A stretch of DNA of 64,000 nt from Candidatus Marsarchaeota archaeon (GTDB lineage Archaea; Micrarchaeota; Micrarchaeia; Micrarchaeales; CABMGC01). This document shows, piece after piece, positions 20,237 to 28,102 of the stretch. The DNA is taken from contig JAMCYP010000014.1 of the NCBI GenBank assembly GCA_023476545.1, positions 2,297-66,296 on the forward strand. The letters are read 5' to 3'. The position numbers and the translations under genes are program-made. Numbering within the stretch: position 1 is the stretch's first letter; each line of letters opens with the position of its first letter. The notes below the pieces were generated by a model that was not told the origin of the DNA, did no database searches, and saw only the letters and a list, made by a program, of their open reading frames with translations.

Positions 20237-20301
20237 GCAATCTGTACCTGCGTTAGTTAAATGCCAACGAATATTAAGATTTTGAGCCATTACCTTATCT
20301 G

Positions 20302-20658
20302 ATGGCTGACCAATACCTGCAGATGCTAATTTTTGCCGCGATAGCGGTCTTCGTCCCCTTATCCACGCTGATGTTCTCCAAGATGGTAAGGCCTAGGAGC
20401 GACAACAATGATGTGAAGACGCTAACATACGAGAGTGCGGAGCAGAGCGTGGGGCAGAAGGTGGAGGTGATGCACGAGTACCTGCACTATTTCGTCGCGT
20501 TCTTGGCTTTTGAGATAATAGGAGTGATCGTTATAATATGGTCTACATTTGCAAGGAGCGTGCAGAGCTCAAGCGGCCAGTATATCGTGCTGCTGGTCGT
20601 GTTCGGCTTTGTGTTTGAGGTATTCCTGCTGGGAATGAGCAGGAGCAAGGTGAGATAG
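20302..20658 (+). CDS. nuoA: complex I-like subunit A (NuoA/ND3)
   Basis: 118 aa, 3 TM, with a TYESAEQ...FLAFEIIG core. First gene of the nuo block. Confidence 0.85.
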   Translation: MADQYLQMLIFAAIAVFVPLSTLMFSKMVRPRSDNNDVKTLTYESAEQSVGQKVEVMHEYLHYFVAFLAFEIIGVIVIIWSTFARSVQSSSGQYIVLLVVFGFVFEVFLLGMSRSKVR

Positions 20659-20802
20659 ATGGAAGTATTGAGATGTGGATGCAGGGTAGAAAACGGAACC
20701 TTCATAGTGGGAGACAACTGCGCGTACTGCAAGGAGTGCAACACAGTAGCGGAGCTCCACCCGTTTGGGGATATGAGGCTGGACGAACTGGAGGGGAAGT
20801 GA
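20659..20802 (+). CDS. small Cys-rich ORF between nuoA and nuoB, absent from the ORF track (<60 aa)
   Basis: Own translation: MEVLRCGCRVENGTFIVGDNCAYCKECNTVAELHPFGDMRLDELEGK*. Its ATG abuts the nuoA TAG, AGGTGA lies upstream, and it ends 4 nt before the nuoB ATG. Confidence 0.45.
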   Translation: MEVLRCGCRVENGTFIVGDNCAYCKECNTVAELHPFGDMRLDELEGK

Positions 20803-20806
20803 GAGC

Positions 20807-21376
20807 ATGGAAGCGCCGCCTTATGAAAAGGAGAGGTTTCTCAACGCCGAGAAGGAGATGAGCGAGCTCGTGCGCGCCTCGATGTCTAAGTACGAGAGCA
20901 AGCCGAACGTTATGTTTGCAAAGCTCTCGGAGGTAAGCAAGGCGCTCTCGAAAGGGCTGGTGAACTGGTCCAGGGTCAGGTCGCTCTGGCCCCTGCAGTT
21001 CGGACTCTCGTGCTGCGCAATGGAGCTCATGGACTTCGGGTCCGCAAGAATAGACGCCGAAAGGCGCGGATACCTATTCTTCAGGGCGACGCCCAGGCAG
21101 GCGGACGTGATGGTCGTCGCTGGCTGGGTCACCAAGTCGATGGTGCCTGAGATAAAACGGCTCTATGAGCAGATGCTTACGCCCAAATACGTGATTGCTT
21201 ACGGGGAATGCGCTACTGCCGGGGGGCCCTGGTGGGAGAGCTACAACATAATCAAGGGCATAGACCAGGTGCTGCCGGTGGATGTGTACGTCGTGGGCTG
21301 CCCGCCCAAGCCCGAGAATCTTTACGCAGGGTTCATGAAACTGCAGAAGAAGATTGGTGGAGAGATTGAAGATTGA
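20807..21376 (+). CDS. nuoB: complex I-like subunit B (NuoB, N2 Fe-S)
   Basis: GLSCCAMELM and GCPPKPE cysteine motifs. Confidence 0.95.
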   Translation: MEAPPYEKERFLNAEKEMSELVRASMSKYESKPNVMFAKLSEVSKALSKGLVNWSRVRSLWPLQFGLSCCAMELMDFGSARIDAERRGYLFFRATPRQADVMVVAGWVTKSMVPEIKRLYEQMLTPKYVIAYGECATAGGPWWESYNIIKGIDQVLPVDVYVVGCPPKPENLYAGFMKLQKKIGGEIED

Positions 21377-21734
21377 GAGAAACGAGATCACGCAGAAGAT
21401 CAGCGCAATGAAGGCGCAGGGCTACTCGTATCTCATCAAGATAACGGCTGTCGATTATGAGAAGTACATAGAGATAGTGTACATGCTCAGAAACATGGAG
21501 CAGAACAAGGACGAGACGCTGGAGGTTGACGTGGATCCGTCAGATGCGTGGATACCGACCGTAATTGACCAGTTTGACGCGGCGGACTGGTACGAGAGAG
21601 AGCTCTTCGAGATGTTCGGGGTGCAGGTCAAGGGCAGGCACGTGGAAAGGCTGCTGCTTGAGAAGTGGGACGGGAAGCCTGCTCCGCTCAGAAAGAACTT
21701 CGTATGGAACGGACCGTACGAGACTGGTAGTTGA
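21354..21734 (+). CDS. nuoC: complex I-like subunit C (NuoC), short form
   Basis: AADWYERELFEMFGVQVKG motif; 126 aa. The TTG start is uncertain (alternatives at 21357 and 21366). Confidence 0.85.
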   Translation: MVERLKIERNEITQKISAMKAQGYSYLIKITAVDYEKYIEIVYMLRNMEQNKDETLEVDVDPSDAWIPTVIDQFDAADWYERELFEMFGVQVKGRHVERLLLEKWDGKPAPLRKNFVWNGPYETGS

Positions 21735-21735
21735 G

Positions 21736-22827
21736 ATGGTTACTAGAATCAACATAGGACCTGTGCACCCGAGCACTCACGGAGTGCTTCGCCTTGTGGC
21801 AGACATAGACGGCGACACCGTGGTCAACCTCGAGCCGCACATCGGTTTCCTGCACAGGGGTGTCGAGAAGCTCGTGGAGACCAGAATGTACATGCAGAAT
21901 CCTCCGTACATGGAGAAGCTGGACTACGTGGCCCCCATGTCGTACGACGAGGCATACGTGGCTACGGTCGAGAAGGCGATGGGCGTGGAGGTGAAGGAGA
22001 GGGCGCAGTGGGTGCGTACCATACTGCTTGAGCTGCAGAGGATAGCAAGCCACCTGCTCTGGCTCGGCACGATGGCAAACGACGTGGGCCAGTTCTTCAC
22101 CGTGTTCATGTGGACGTTCACCGACAGGGACAGGATACTGCGCCTCCTTGAAGAGGCGTCGGGAGCAAGGATGTTCTACGTCAACATGAGGATTGGAGGC
22201 CTGATACGCGACCTGCCTCCCGGATTCGACGAACGCGCACGCGAAGTGCTTAGCTATATTGAAAAGAAGATGAAGAAGTACGAGGACTTTCTGGAGAAGG
22301 ACCCGCTCTTCACTGAAAGGATGAAGGGCGTGGGGGTGCTGAGCCGGGAGAGGGCCATAGCGCTGGGGGTCACTGGCCCTGTGCTTAGGGCGTCTGGGAT
22401 AAACTATGACGTAAGGAAGGACAACCCATACTATGTGTACGACAAGCTTGGCTTCCAGACACAGGTAAGGAGCGATGGGGACTGCTTTGCGAGGTACAAG
22501 GTCAGGATGCTTGAGATGACTGAGAGCATCAGGCTCGTTAGAGCCGCGCTGGACAAGATTCCAGAGGGAGATGCGCTTGGAATGCCCGTGAAGCTCATAC
22601 TGCCGAGCGCGAAGAACAGGATGGTGACGCTCAGCAGGGAGCTCCCGCGGGGCGAGTGCCTCATGTATATGGTGGCAGACTCGCAGAGGCCGTATAGGCT
22701 GTCTATTCGCTCGCCCACTTTCATCAACCTCGCCGCGCTGAAGGAGATGTCGAGGGGCTGCAAGACCGCGGACATATTCGCCATAAGCGGCAGCCTGGAT
22801 CTCATAATGGGAGATGTGGACAGGTGA
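21736..22827 (+). CDS. nuoD: complex I-like subunit D (NuoD, 49 kDa)
   Basis: MVTRINIGPVHPSTHGVLRL... Start at ATG 21736, 1 nt after the nuoC stop; the tracked 21565 start is a shadow extension. Confidence 0.95.
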   Translation: MVTRINIGPVHPSTHGVLRLVADIDGDTVVNLEPHIGFLHRGVEKLVETRMYMQNPPYMEKLDYVAPMSYDEAYVATVEKAMGVEVKERAQWVRTILLELQRIASHLLWLGTMANDVGQFFTVFMWTFTDRDRILRLLEEASGARMFYVNMRIGGLIRDLPPGFDERAREVLSYIEKKMKKYEDFLEKDPLFTERMKGVGVLSRERAIALGVTGPVLRASGINYDVRKDNPYYVYDKLGFQTQVRSDGDCFARYKVRMLEMTESIRLVRAALDKIPEGDALGMPVKLILPSAKNRMVTLSRELPRGECLMYMVADSQRPYRLSIRSPTFINLAALKEMSRGCKTADIFAISGSLDLIMGDVDR

Positions 22828-22828
22828 G

Positions 22829-23827
22829 ATGGTGCCGATACTCTCTTTGGCTTCAAGCTACCTGAACCTGACAGGAACCGCCGCAACCATAGTCGACACG
22901 CTCGTGTACGCCATAGCCGTGTCCGTACTGATAATAGCCTTTGATTACATCTTCGGGTGGCTGGAACGCAAGACGATAGCAAAGATACAGCGAAGGCACG
23001 GACCAACGTATGCCGGAAAGTACGGACTGCTGCAGAACATGGCTGATTTCGTGAAGTTGCTCGCTAAGGAGCACGTAGCCCCAAAGAGGGCCGACAAGCT
23101 GCTGTTCCTGAGCACTATACCCACGATGCTTGCCCTGACCATCTTTCTGGTTTTCCTGATCCCGCTCGCCCCAACGCTGATCGAGACAAACGTAGGCCTC
23201 GGACTGCTGGTTGTCTTCGTGCTTCTCTCGTTCATGCCGTTGATAATATTCGCAAACGGTTTCGGGAGCGGAAACAAGTTTGCTGCGATAAGCGCCCAGC
23301 GTTCCGTGGTGATGCTGCTCAGTTACGAGGTGCCTCTCATCTTCGTCATAGCAGCGGTTGGCGCGCTGGGAGGAAGCTACAGCCTTGCGGGGCTCGTAGG
23401 AGCTCAGAACCCGTGGTGGTTCGTAGTGCTCATGCCGATAGGTTTCGTCGTGTTCTTCATAGCGATGCTGGCTGAGGTCGAGAGGCCTCCATTCGACATA
23501 CGGGAGGCTGACAACGAGCTCATAGCTGGTTGGCTTACTGATGTGAGCGCACCCTATTACACCCTCGCGCTCTTTCTCGATTACAGCCGCATGCTCCTCG
23601 GCAGCCTGCTCATAGCAATACTCTTCTTCGGAGGATGGAGCGGCCCTCTGCTGCCGCCTTTCGTATGGCTGCTGCTGAAGGCTTTCGTGATAAGCTTCTT
23701 CATAATGATAATCAGGGCCACGATGGTGCGTATGAGGATAGACAGGTTGCTGCGTTTCGGATGGGCGCTCCTGCTGCCGTTATCTCTGATTAATTTAATA
23801 CTTACCTATCTAGTATTTATCAGGTGA
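22829..23827 (+). CDS. nuoH: complex I-like subunit H (NuoH/ND1)
   Basis: Polytopic; GLLQNMADFVKL and ERPPFDIREADNELIAGW motifs. Confidence 0.95.
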   Translation: MVPILSLASSYLNLTGTAATIVDTLVYAIAVSVLIIAFDYIFGWLERKTIAKIQRRHGPTYAGKYGLLQNMADFVKLLAKEHVAPKRADKLLFLSTIPTMLALTIFLVFLIPLAPTLIETNVGLGLLVVFVLLSFMPLIIFANGFGSGNKFAAISAQRSVVMLLSYEVPLIFVIAAVGALGGSYSLAGLVGAQNPWWFVVLMPIGFVVFFIAMLAEVERPPFDIREADNELIAGWLTDVSAPYYTLALFLDYSRMLLGSLLIAILFFGGWSGPLLPPFVWLLLKAFVISFFIMIIRATMVRMRIDRLLRFGWALLLPLSLINLILTYLVFIR

Positions 23828-23831
23828 CCCA

Positions 23832-24197
23832 ATGGTTTTGAAACCGCTGCTTGAAAGCATAAAGAGTCTGGGAGAAGAGAGGTTCACCGTTGAGTTTCCC
23901 GAGACCAGGGAGGCCCTCGACGACCGCGAGAGGTACCTGTTCAGACTGGACATGGACACATGCATAAGCTGTTCAGCGTGCGAACGCATCTGCCCGAACA
24001 AGACAATAACCATGGTGGAGGTCATAACCGCGCGTGGGCCGAAGGTCATGCCCCAGATAGGGATAGAACGCTGCCTCTTCTGCGGGCTCTGCGAGGAGGT
24101 CTGCCCTCCCAAATGCCTGACTCTCACGAAAGGCTATGAGTTCGAGGAGTACGACAAGAGGAAGTTCATCAGGAGGCCCGAGGAACTGCAGGGATAG
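23832..24197 (+). CDS. nuoI: complex I-like subunit I (NuoI, 2x[4Fe-4S])
   Basis: CISCSACERICP and CLFCGLCEEVCP ferredoxin motifs. Confidence 0.95.
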   Translation: MVLKPLLESIKSLGEERFTVEFPETREALDDRERYLFRLDMDTCISCSACERICPNKTITMVEVITARGPKVMPQIGIERCLFCGLCEEVCPPKCLTLTKGYEFEEYDKRKFIRRPEELQG

Positions 24198-24200
24198 GCG

Positions 24201-24674
24201 ATGCCTTTCGACCTCATATCAGCAGTCGTTGCCGCCATAACCGTAATATCAGGAACCACACTCTTCCTCCAGGGGAGGCTTACACGGTCCGTAATCTTAC
24301 TTGCGATGGCCGCGGTCGGCAGCTCTCTCATCTTTCTCTATCTTGGGCAGACCCTAGTCGCGCTGCTGCAGCTGCTCGTGTTCGTCGGTGGTCTGTCTAC
24401 ATACCTCATCGTAGCCATTGCGGCTGAGGAGAAGAGAGCGAGTATGCGCAGCGGAGTCGCGTTCGCTGTGGCCGCTGTGCTTATCTCGGCGGGGCTGCTG
24501 CTTGCGCTGGCGGGGCTCCCCGAGGCTCAGCCCTTAGGAAACAGCTTCTCTGCTGCGGCCGAGACGGCGTTCTCGAGCTCATACGGCCTGCTGTTCGTAT
24601 CGGCGTTCCTGCTGTTCGCCACAGCGATAGGCAGCGTGGTTGTCATAAAGAGGTTTGCAAAGCTGGTGGTCTGA
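24201..24674 (+). CDS. nuoJ: complex I-like subunit J (NuoJ/ND6)
   Basis: 157 aa, hydrophobic, with LLQLLVFVGGLSTY; position between nuoI and nuoK. Confidence 0.85.
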   Translation: MPFDLISAVVAAITVISGTTLFLQGRLTRSVILLAMAAVGSSLIFLYLGQTLVALLQLLVFVGGLSTYLIVAIAAEEKRASMRSGVAFAVAAVLISAGLLLALAGLPEAQPLGNSFSAAAETAFSSSYGLLFVSAFLLFATAIGSVVVIKRFAKLVV

Positions 24675-24976
24675 TGATAAGTCTCCTGATAGTTGCCGCG
24701 GTTGTCCTTCTTGCTGTAGCGCTAGCCGGCATAATCTCCGACAGGCATTTCGTGGTGATAATGCTGGCCGTAGAGCTCATGCTTATCGCAAGCAGCATCC
24801 TGCTGGTATACTTCTTCGCCTCGGCGCAGGACCCTGGATCTTCCGCTGTCACGATGATAATCGCCATATGGACCGTGGCCGCAGTAGAGGTGATAACGCT
24901 CATAACGTTCTACGTGTTCATGAAATCCAGAGGCTTCGACTTCGATGTCACGAGGCTCTCGAAACTAAAGTGGTAG
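24674..24976 (+). CDS. nuoK: complex I-like subunit K (NuoK/ND4L)
   Basis: 100 aa, 3 TM with membrane Glu residues (LAVELML, AAVEVI). 1-nt overlap with nuoJ. Confidence 0.9.
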   Translation: MISLLIVAAVVLLAVALAGIISDRHFVVIMLAVELMLIASSILLVYFFASAQDPGSSAVTMIIAIWTVAAVEVITLITFYVFMKSRGFDFDVTRLSKLKW

Positions 24977-24977
24977 C

Positions 24978-26732
24978 TTGACGCCTTTCATAATACTTGT
25001 TCCTTTGCTCGTTGCGATATTCGCAATAGCGCTGGACAGGAGCTACAGCAGGGCAAAATACGTTGCCGCTGCGGCAGCCCTTCTCAGCCTGGCACTATTT
25101 CCATTGGTGGGCAGCGGAACCCAGAGCACCAGCTGGTTCTCCGTGGGCAGTACGTCAATTACGCTGACAACATCCGTGCAACCGCTGAACTCGCTGCTGC
25201 TGCTTGTGGTAATGGCGATAGGCGTACTCATAATGGTGTACTCTTGGGGGTACATGAACCTGCCGAGCGAGCAGAAACGCTACTACATAGAGATGCTTGC
25301 GTTCGAGGCGGCGATGCTGACGTTCGCGATGGCCGGAGACTTCATAGTGCTGTTCATAGCATGGAGCTTCCTCAGCATGACGAGCTACCTCCTGATCGGG
25401 TTCTGGAGTAACAGGGAGAGGGCCACTGCGGCCGCAAGGAAGGCGATCACCGTGGTGCTGATAGGAGACATTGCGCTTCTGGCATCGATAGTCATGTTCC
25501 AGAACATCTTCGGAAGCCTTCAGTTCAGCGTAATACTCTCGGGAATAGGAGGAAACCCAGTAGCCGCTCTTCCGGTGGCGCTTCTCTTCGTAGCGGTGAT
25601 GGCAAAGTCTGCGCAGTTTCCACTGCAGGAATGGCTGGCTGACGCAATGGAAGGCCCAACTCCTGTGTCGGCGTACCTGCACAGCAGCACGATGGTAAAG
25701 GCAGGAGTCTTCATAGTGCTCGTGCTCTTCCCGCTCTTCCAGGCAGCAGGCCTGCTGCAGGCGATACTTGTAATAGGGGCCATAACAGTCTCTATTGCGA
25801 TCTTTGCCGCTGCTACAGAGAACCACGTAAAGCGTGTGCTTGCCTACTCTACTGTGGAAGAACTGGGACTTATGCTTGTGGCGATAGCCAGCAACGCGCT
25901 CCTTGCGGCAATTTACTTCTTCTTCGTGCAGAGCTTCTACAAGGCGCTCCTGTTCTTCAGCGCTGGCGCCTCAATGAAGGCCACCGACAGCGAGAATCTT
26001 GACGAGATAAAGGGAATGAGCAGCAACAAGCTCCTCCTCATAACCACCGTCTTCGGGGTGCTTGCTCTTGCAGGATTTGTCCCGTTCGGGGGATTCTTTG
26101 CGGATGTGGGCCTTGACTATGCCTTCTCCACAAACCTGGTTACGTACGCACTAATATCCCTGGTCAGCCTGACCACCAGCTTCTTCATATTCAGGTGGTT
26201 CTTCCTGCAGGCCAGGAAAGGCGCGAACAGGCAAGCTCAGCTCAACTACTCGGCCACGCCACGAAGTATGAGCTACAGCATGGCGATTCTTGCCGTAGCC
26301 GCACTAGCGTCAAGCGCGGTCTTCTTCTTCGTATCAGGGATATTCACAGGCGAGGGCGGGCTTCCGATAGGCTCCAGCCTTACGATGAGCGATGCGGTGA
26401 TAGAGACCGCGCTGGTTGCGATTGGCGCTGCAATAGGGTTCTTCCTCTATCTGAGGAAGAGGAAGACTGCACAGCCAAACCGGCTTACGCGCCCAGCCTA
26501 CACCGCGCGCGCGGTTAATGCTGCGTACTTCCACTTTGCAGGGTTTGTAGAGGCGATCGCAGAGGCAATGGATTACACTGATATGAAGATAAACGGAGCG
26601 TTTGACTGGGTAGGCCACTTCACGATTGGGATTGCAAGAGGGGCAAGAAGGTTCGCGAGCGGAAGCATAAACGCATATGTGGCGCTCTTTGCGATAGGGA
26701 TGGTGGTTCTGGTCATAGTGGTGGTCATCTGA
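24978..26732 (+). CDS. nuoL: complex I-like subunit L (NuoL/ND5, antiporter-like)
   Basis: 584 aa with MAKSAQFPLQEWLADAMEGPTPVSAYLHSSTMVKAG. TTG start. Confidence 0.95.
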   Translation: MTPFIILVPLLVAIFAIALDRSYSRAKYVAAAAALLSLALFPLVGSGTQSTSWFSVGSTSITLTTSVQPLNSLLLLVVMAIGVLIMVYSWGYMNLPSEQKRYYIEMLAFEAAMLTFAMAGDFIVLFIAWSFLSMTSYLLIGFWSNRERATAAARKAITVVLIGDIALLASIVMFQNIFGSLQFSVILSGIGGNPVAALPVALLFVAVMAKSAQFPLQEWLADAMEGPTPVSAYLHSSTMVKAGVFIVLVLFPLFQAAGLLQAILVIGAITVSIAIFAAATENHVKRVLAYSTVEELGLMLVAIASNALLAAIYFFFVQSFYKALLFFSAGASMKATDSENLDEIKGMSSNKLLLITTVFGVLALAGFVPFGGFFADVGLDYAFSTNLVTYALISLVSLTTSFFIFRWFFLQARKGANRQAQLNYSATPRSMSYSMAILAVAALASSAVFFFVSGIFTGEGGLPIGSSLTMSDAVIETALVAIGAAIGFFLYLRKRKTAQPNRLTRPAYTARAVNAAYFHFAGFVEAIAEAMDYTDMKINGAFDWVGHFTIGIARGARRFASGSINAYVALFAIGMVVLVIVVVI

Positions 26733-28102
26733 TGCTGGAAGTCTATGCGCTTGGAGCCATGCTAGCGGCCCTTGCGATAGGCAACGTGCTGCTTAGCGCA
26801 GCAGGAAGGAAGCTTTGGCAGCTGGCTTTCAACGTTGTGGTGCTGGGCGCGCTAATCCCGGTAAGTTATCTCCTGCTGGATAGCAACTCCGTCTACTTCG
26901 GAATCACTCTGATAAGCCAGTTCTCTGCGTTCTTCTTCATCCTCTTTGCAGCATCGATGCTACTTCTCAACCTCCTCGCCTATTCGAGGGCGAAAGGCTA
27001 CGGCAACTTCGCCCTGCTCGCGTCGTTCGGGATGGTCGGGATGTATACTGTAGTGTCATCGACGTCGCTGATAGGCATCTTCCTGGGACTCGAACTCATG
27101 AGCATACCCAGCGCGTTCATAGTGCTGCTGTCCAAGAGGGACAGCATCGAAGCCGCGACCAAGCTTTTCATAATGGCCTCGATAGCCATAGCGTTTATCT
27201 CGTTCGCGATCGTGCTGGTCTACGGAGCGGTAAACTCGCTAACGCTGACAGGAGCGCAGCAGAGCGGCGTCATGTACTTCGCTCTCGCTCTGTTCATAGC
27301 ATCCCTGGGGTTTGAGGCGTCTGTGTTCCCGTTCAACGTGCTGCTTCCTGACGTATACCAGGGATCCGCAGGTTACGCTACAGCGATGCTTGGAGGCCTC
27401 AACAAAAAGGTGGGATTGGTTGCGCTTATGCAGGTGCTCGTGCTGATATTCATCGCCTTCCATCTCGCGTTCGTCATTGTTGCGGCTCTTGCGGTGCTGA
27501 CTATGTTCTACGGAAACCTCGTAGCGCTTATGCAGACGAATTTGAAGAGGTTGCTCGCCTATTCCTCGATATCGCAGGCAGGCTACATACTTATCGGGAT
27601 TGCGGTCGCGACGGATGCCGGGCTGGGCGCCAGCATCTTCCAGATTTTCGCTCATGCGTTCCTGTTCATAGGCGCAATGGCCATTGTTTCGTGGCTGGAG
27701 AGCAGGGGCAGGGAAGACATCAATGGGCTGCTCGGACTTTACAAGGAGAACAGGTTTGCGGCCATAGCGCTGACCGTGTTCATGCTCTCATTTGCAGGGC
27801 TGCCGTTCACCACGGGCTTCGTCGGAAAGTTCCTGATCTTCCTGAGCGCGGTGAACAACAACCTAGTATGGCTCGCGGCTCTCGGAGTAGTAAACAGCGT
27901 TATCTCGATCTTCTACTACGCCAAGGCCATTACTGCGATCTACACGAACAAGTATGGAGCCTACCACCTTAAGCTAGACATACCCACGCTTGCCGTTGTG
28001 ACGGTCTGCCTTGCTGTAACGATAATCATAGGAGTATACCCTCAGCCAGTCATACAGCTTGCAACTGGAGCAGGGAGTGCCCTGCTGGCCGGTCTGCCGT
28101 GA
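26732..28102 (+). CDS. nuoN: complex I-like subunit N (NuoN/ND2, antiporter-like)
   Basis: 456 aa with KRLLAYSSISQAGYILIG. 1-nt overlap with nuoL. Confidence 0.88.
   Translation: MLEVYALGAMLAALAIGNVLLSAAGRKLWQLAFNVVVLGALIPVSYLLLDSNSVYFGITLISQFSAFFFILFAASMLLLNLLAYSRAKGYGNFALLASFGMVGMYTVVSSTSLIGIFLGLELMSIPSAFIVLLSKRDSIEAATKLFIMASIAIAFISFAIVLVYGAVNSLTLTGAQQSGVMYFALALFIASLGFEASVFPFNVLLPDVYQGSAGYATAMLGGLNKKVGLVALMQVLVLIFIAFHLAFVIVAALAVLTMFYGNLVALMQTNLKRLLAYSSISQAGYILIGIAVATDAGLGASIFQIFAHAFLFIGAMAIVSWLESRGREDINGLLGLYKENRFAAIALTVFMLSFAGLPFTTGFVGKFLIFLSAVNNNLVWLAALGVVNSVISIFYYAKAITAIYTNKYGAYHLKLDIPTLAVVTVCLAVTIIIGVYPQPVIQLATGAGSALLAGLP

Noticed and set aside
20673-20861. 62-aa + ORF in the nuoA-nuoB gap
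   Set aside because: It is Arg-rich and runs into nuoB out of frame. The 47-codon ORF at 20659..20802 fits the gap and its spacing much better.
21565-21735. 5' extension of the tracked nuoD ORF (420 aa)
   Set aside because: The extension is Arg/Ser/Gly-rich and overlaps nuoC in another frame. Conserved NuoD sequence begins at ATG 21736.
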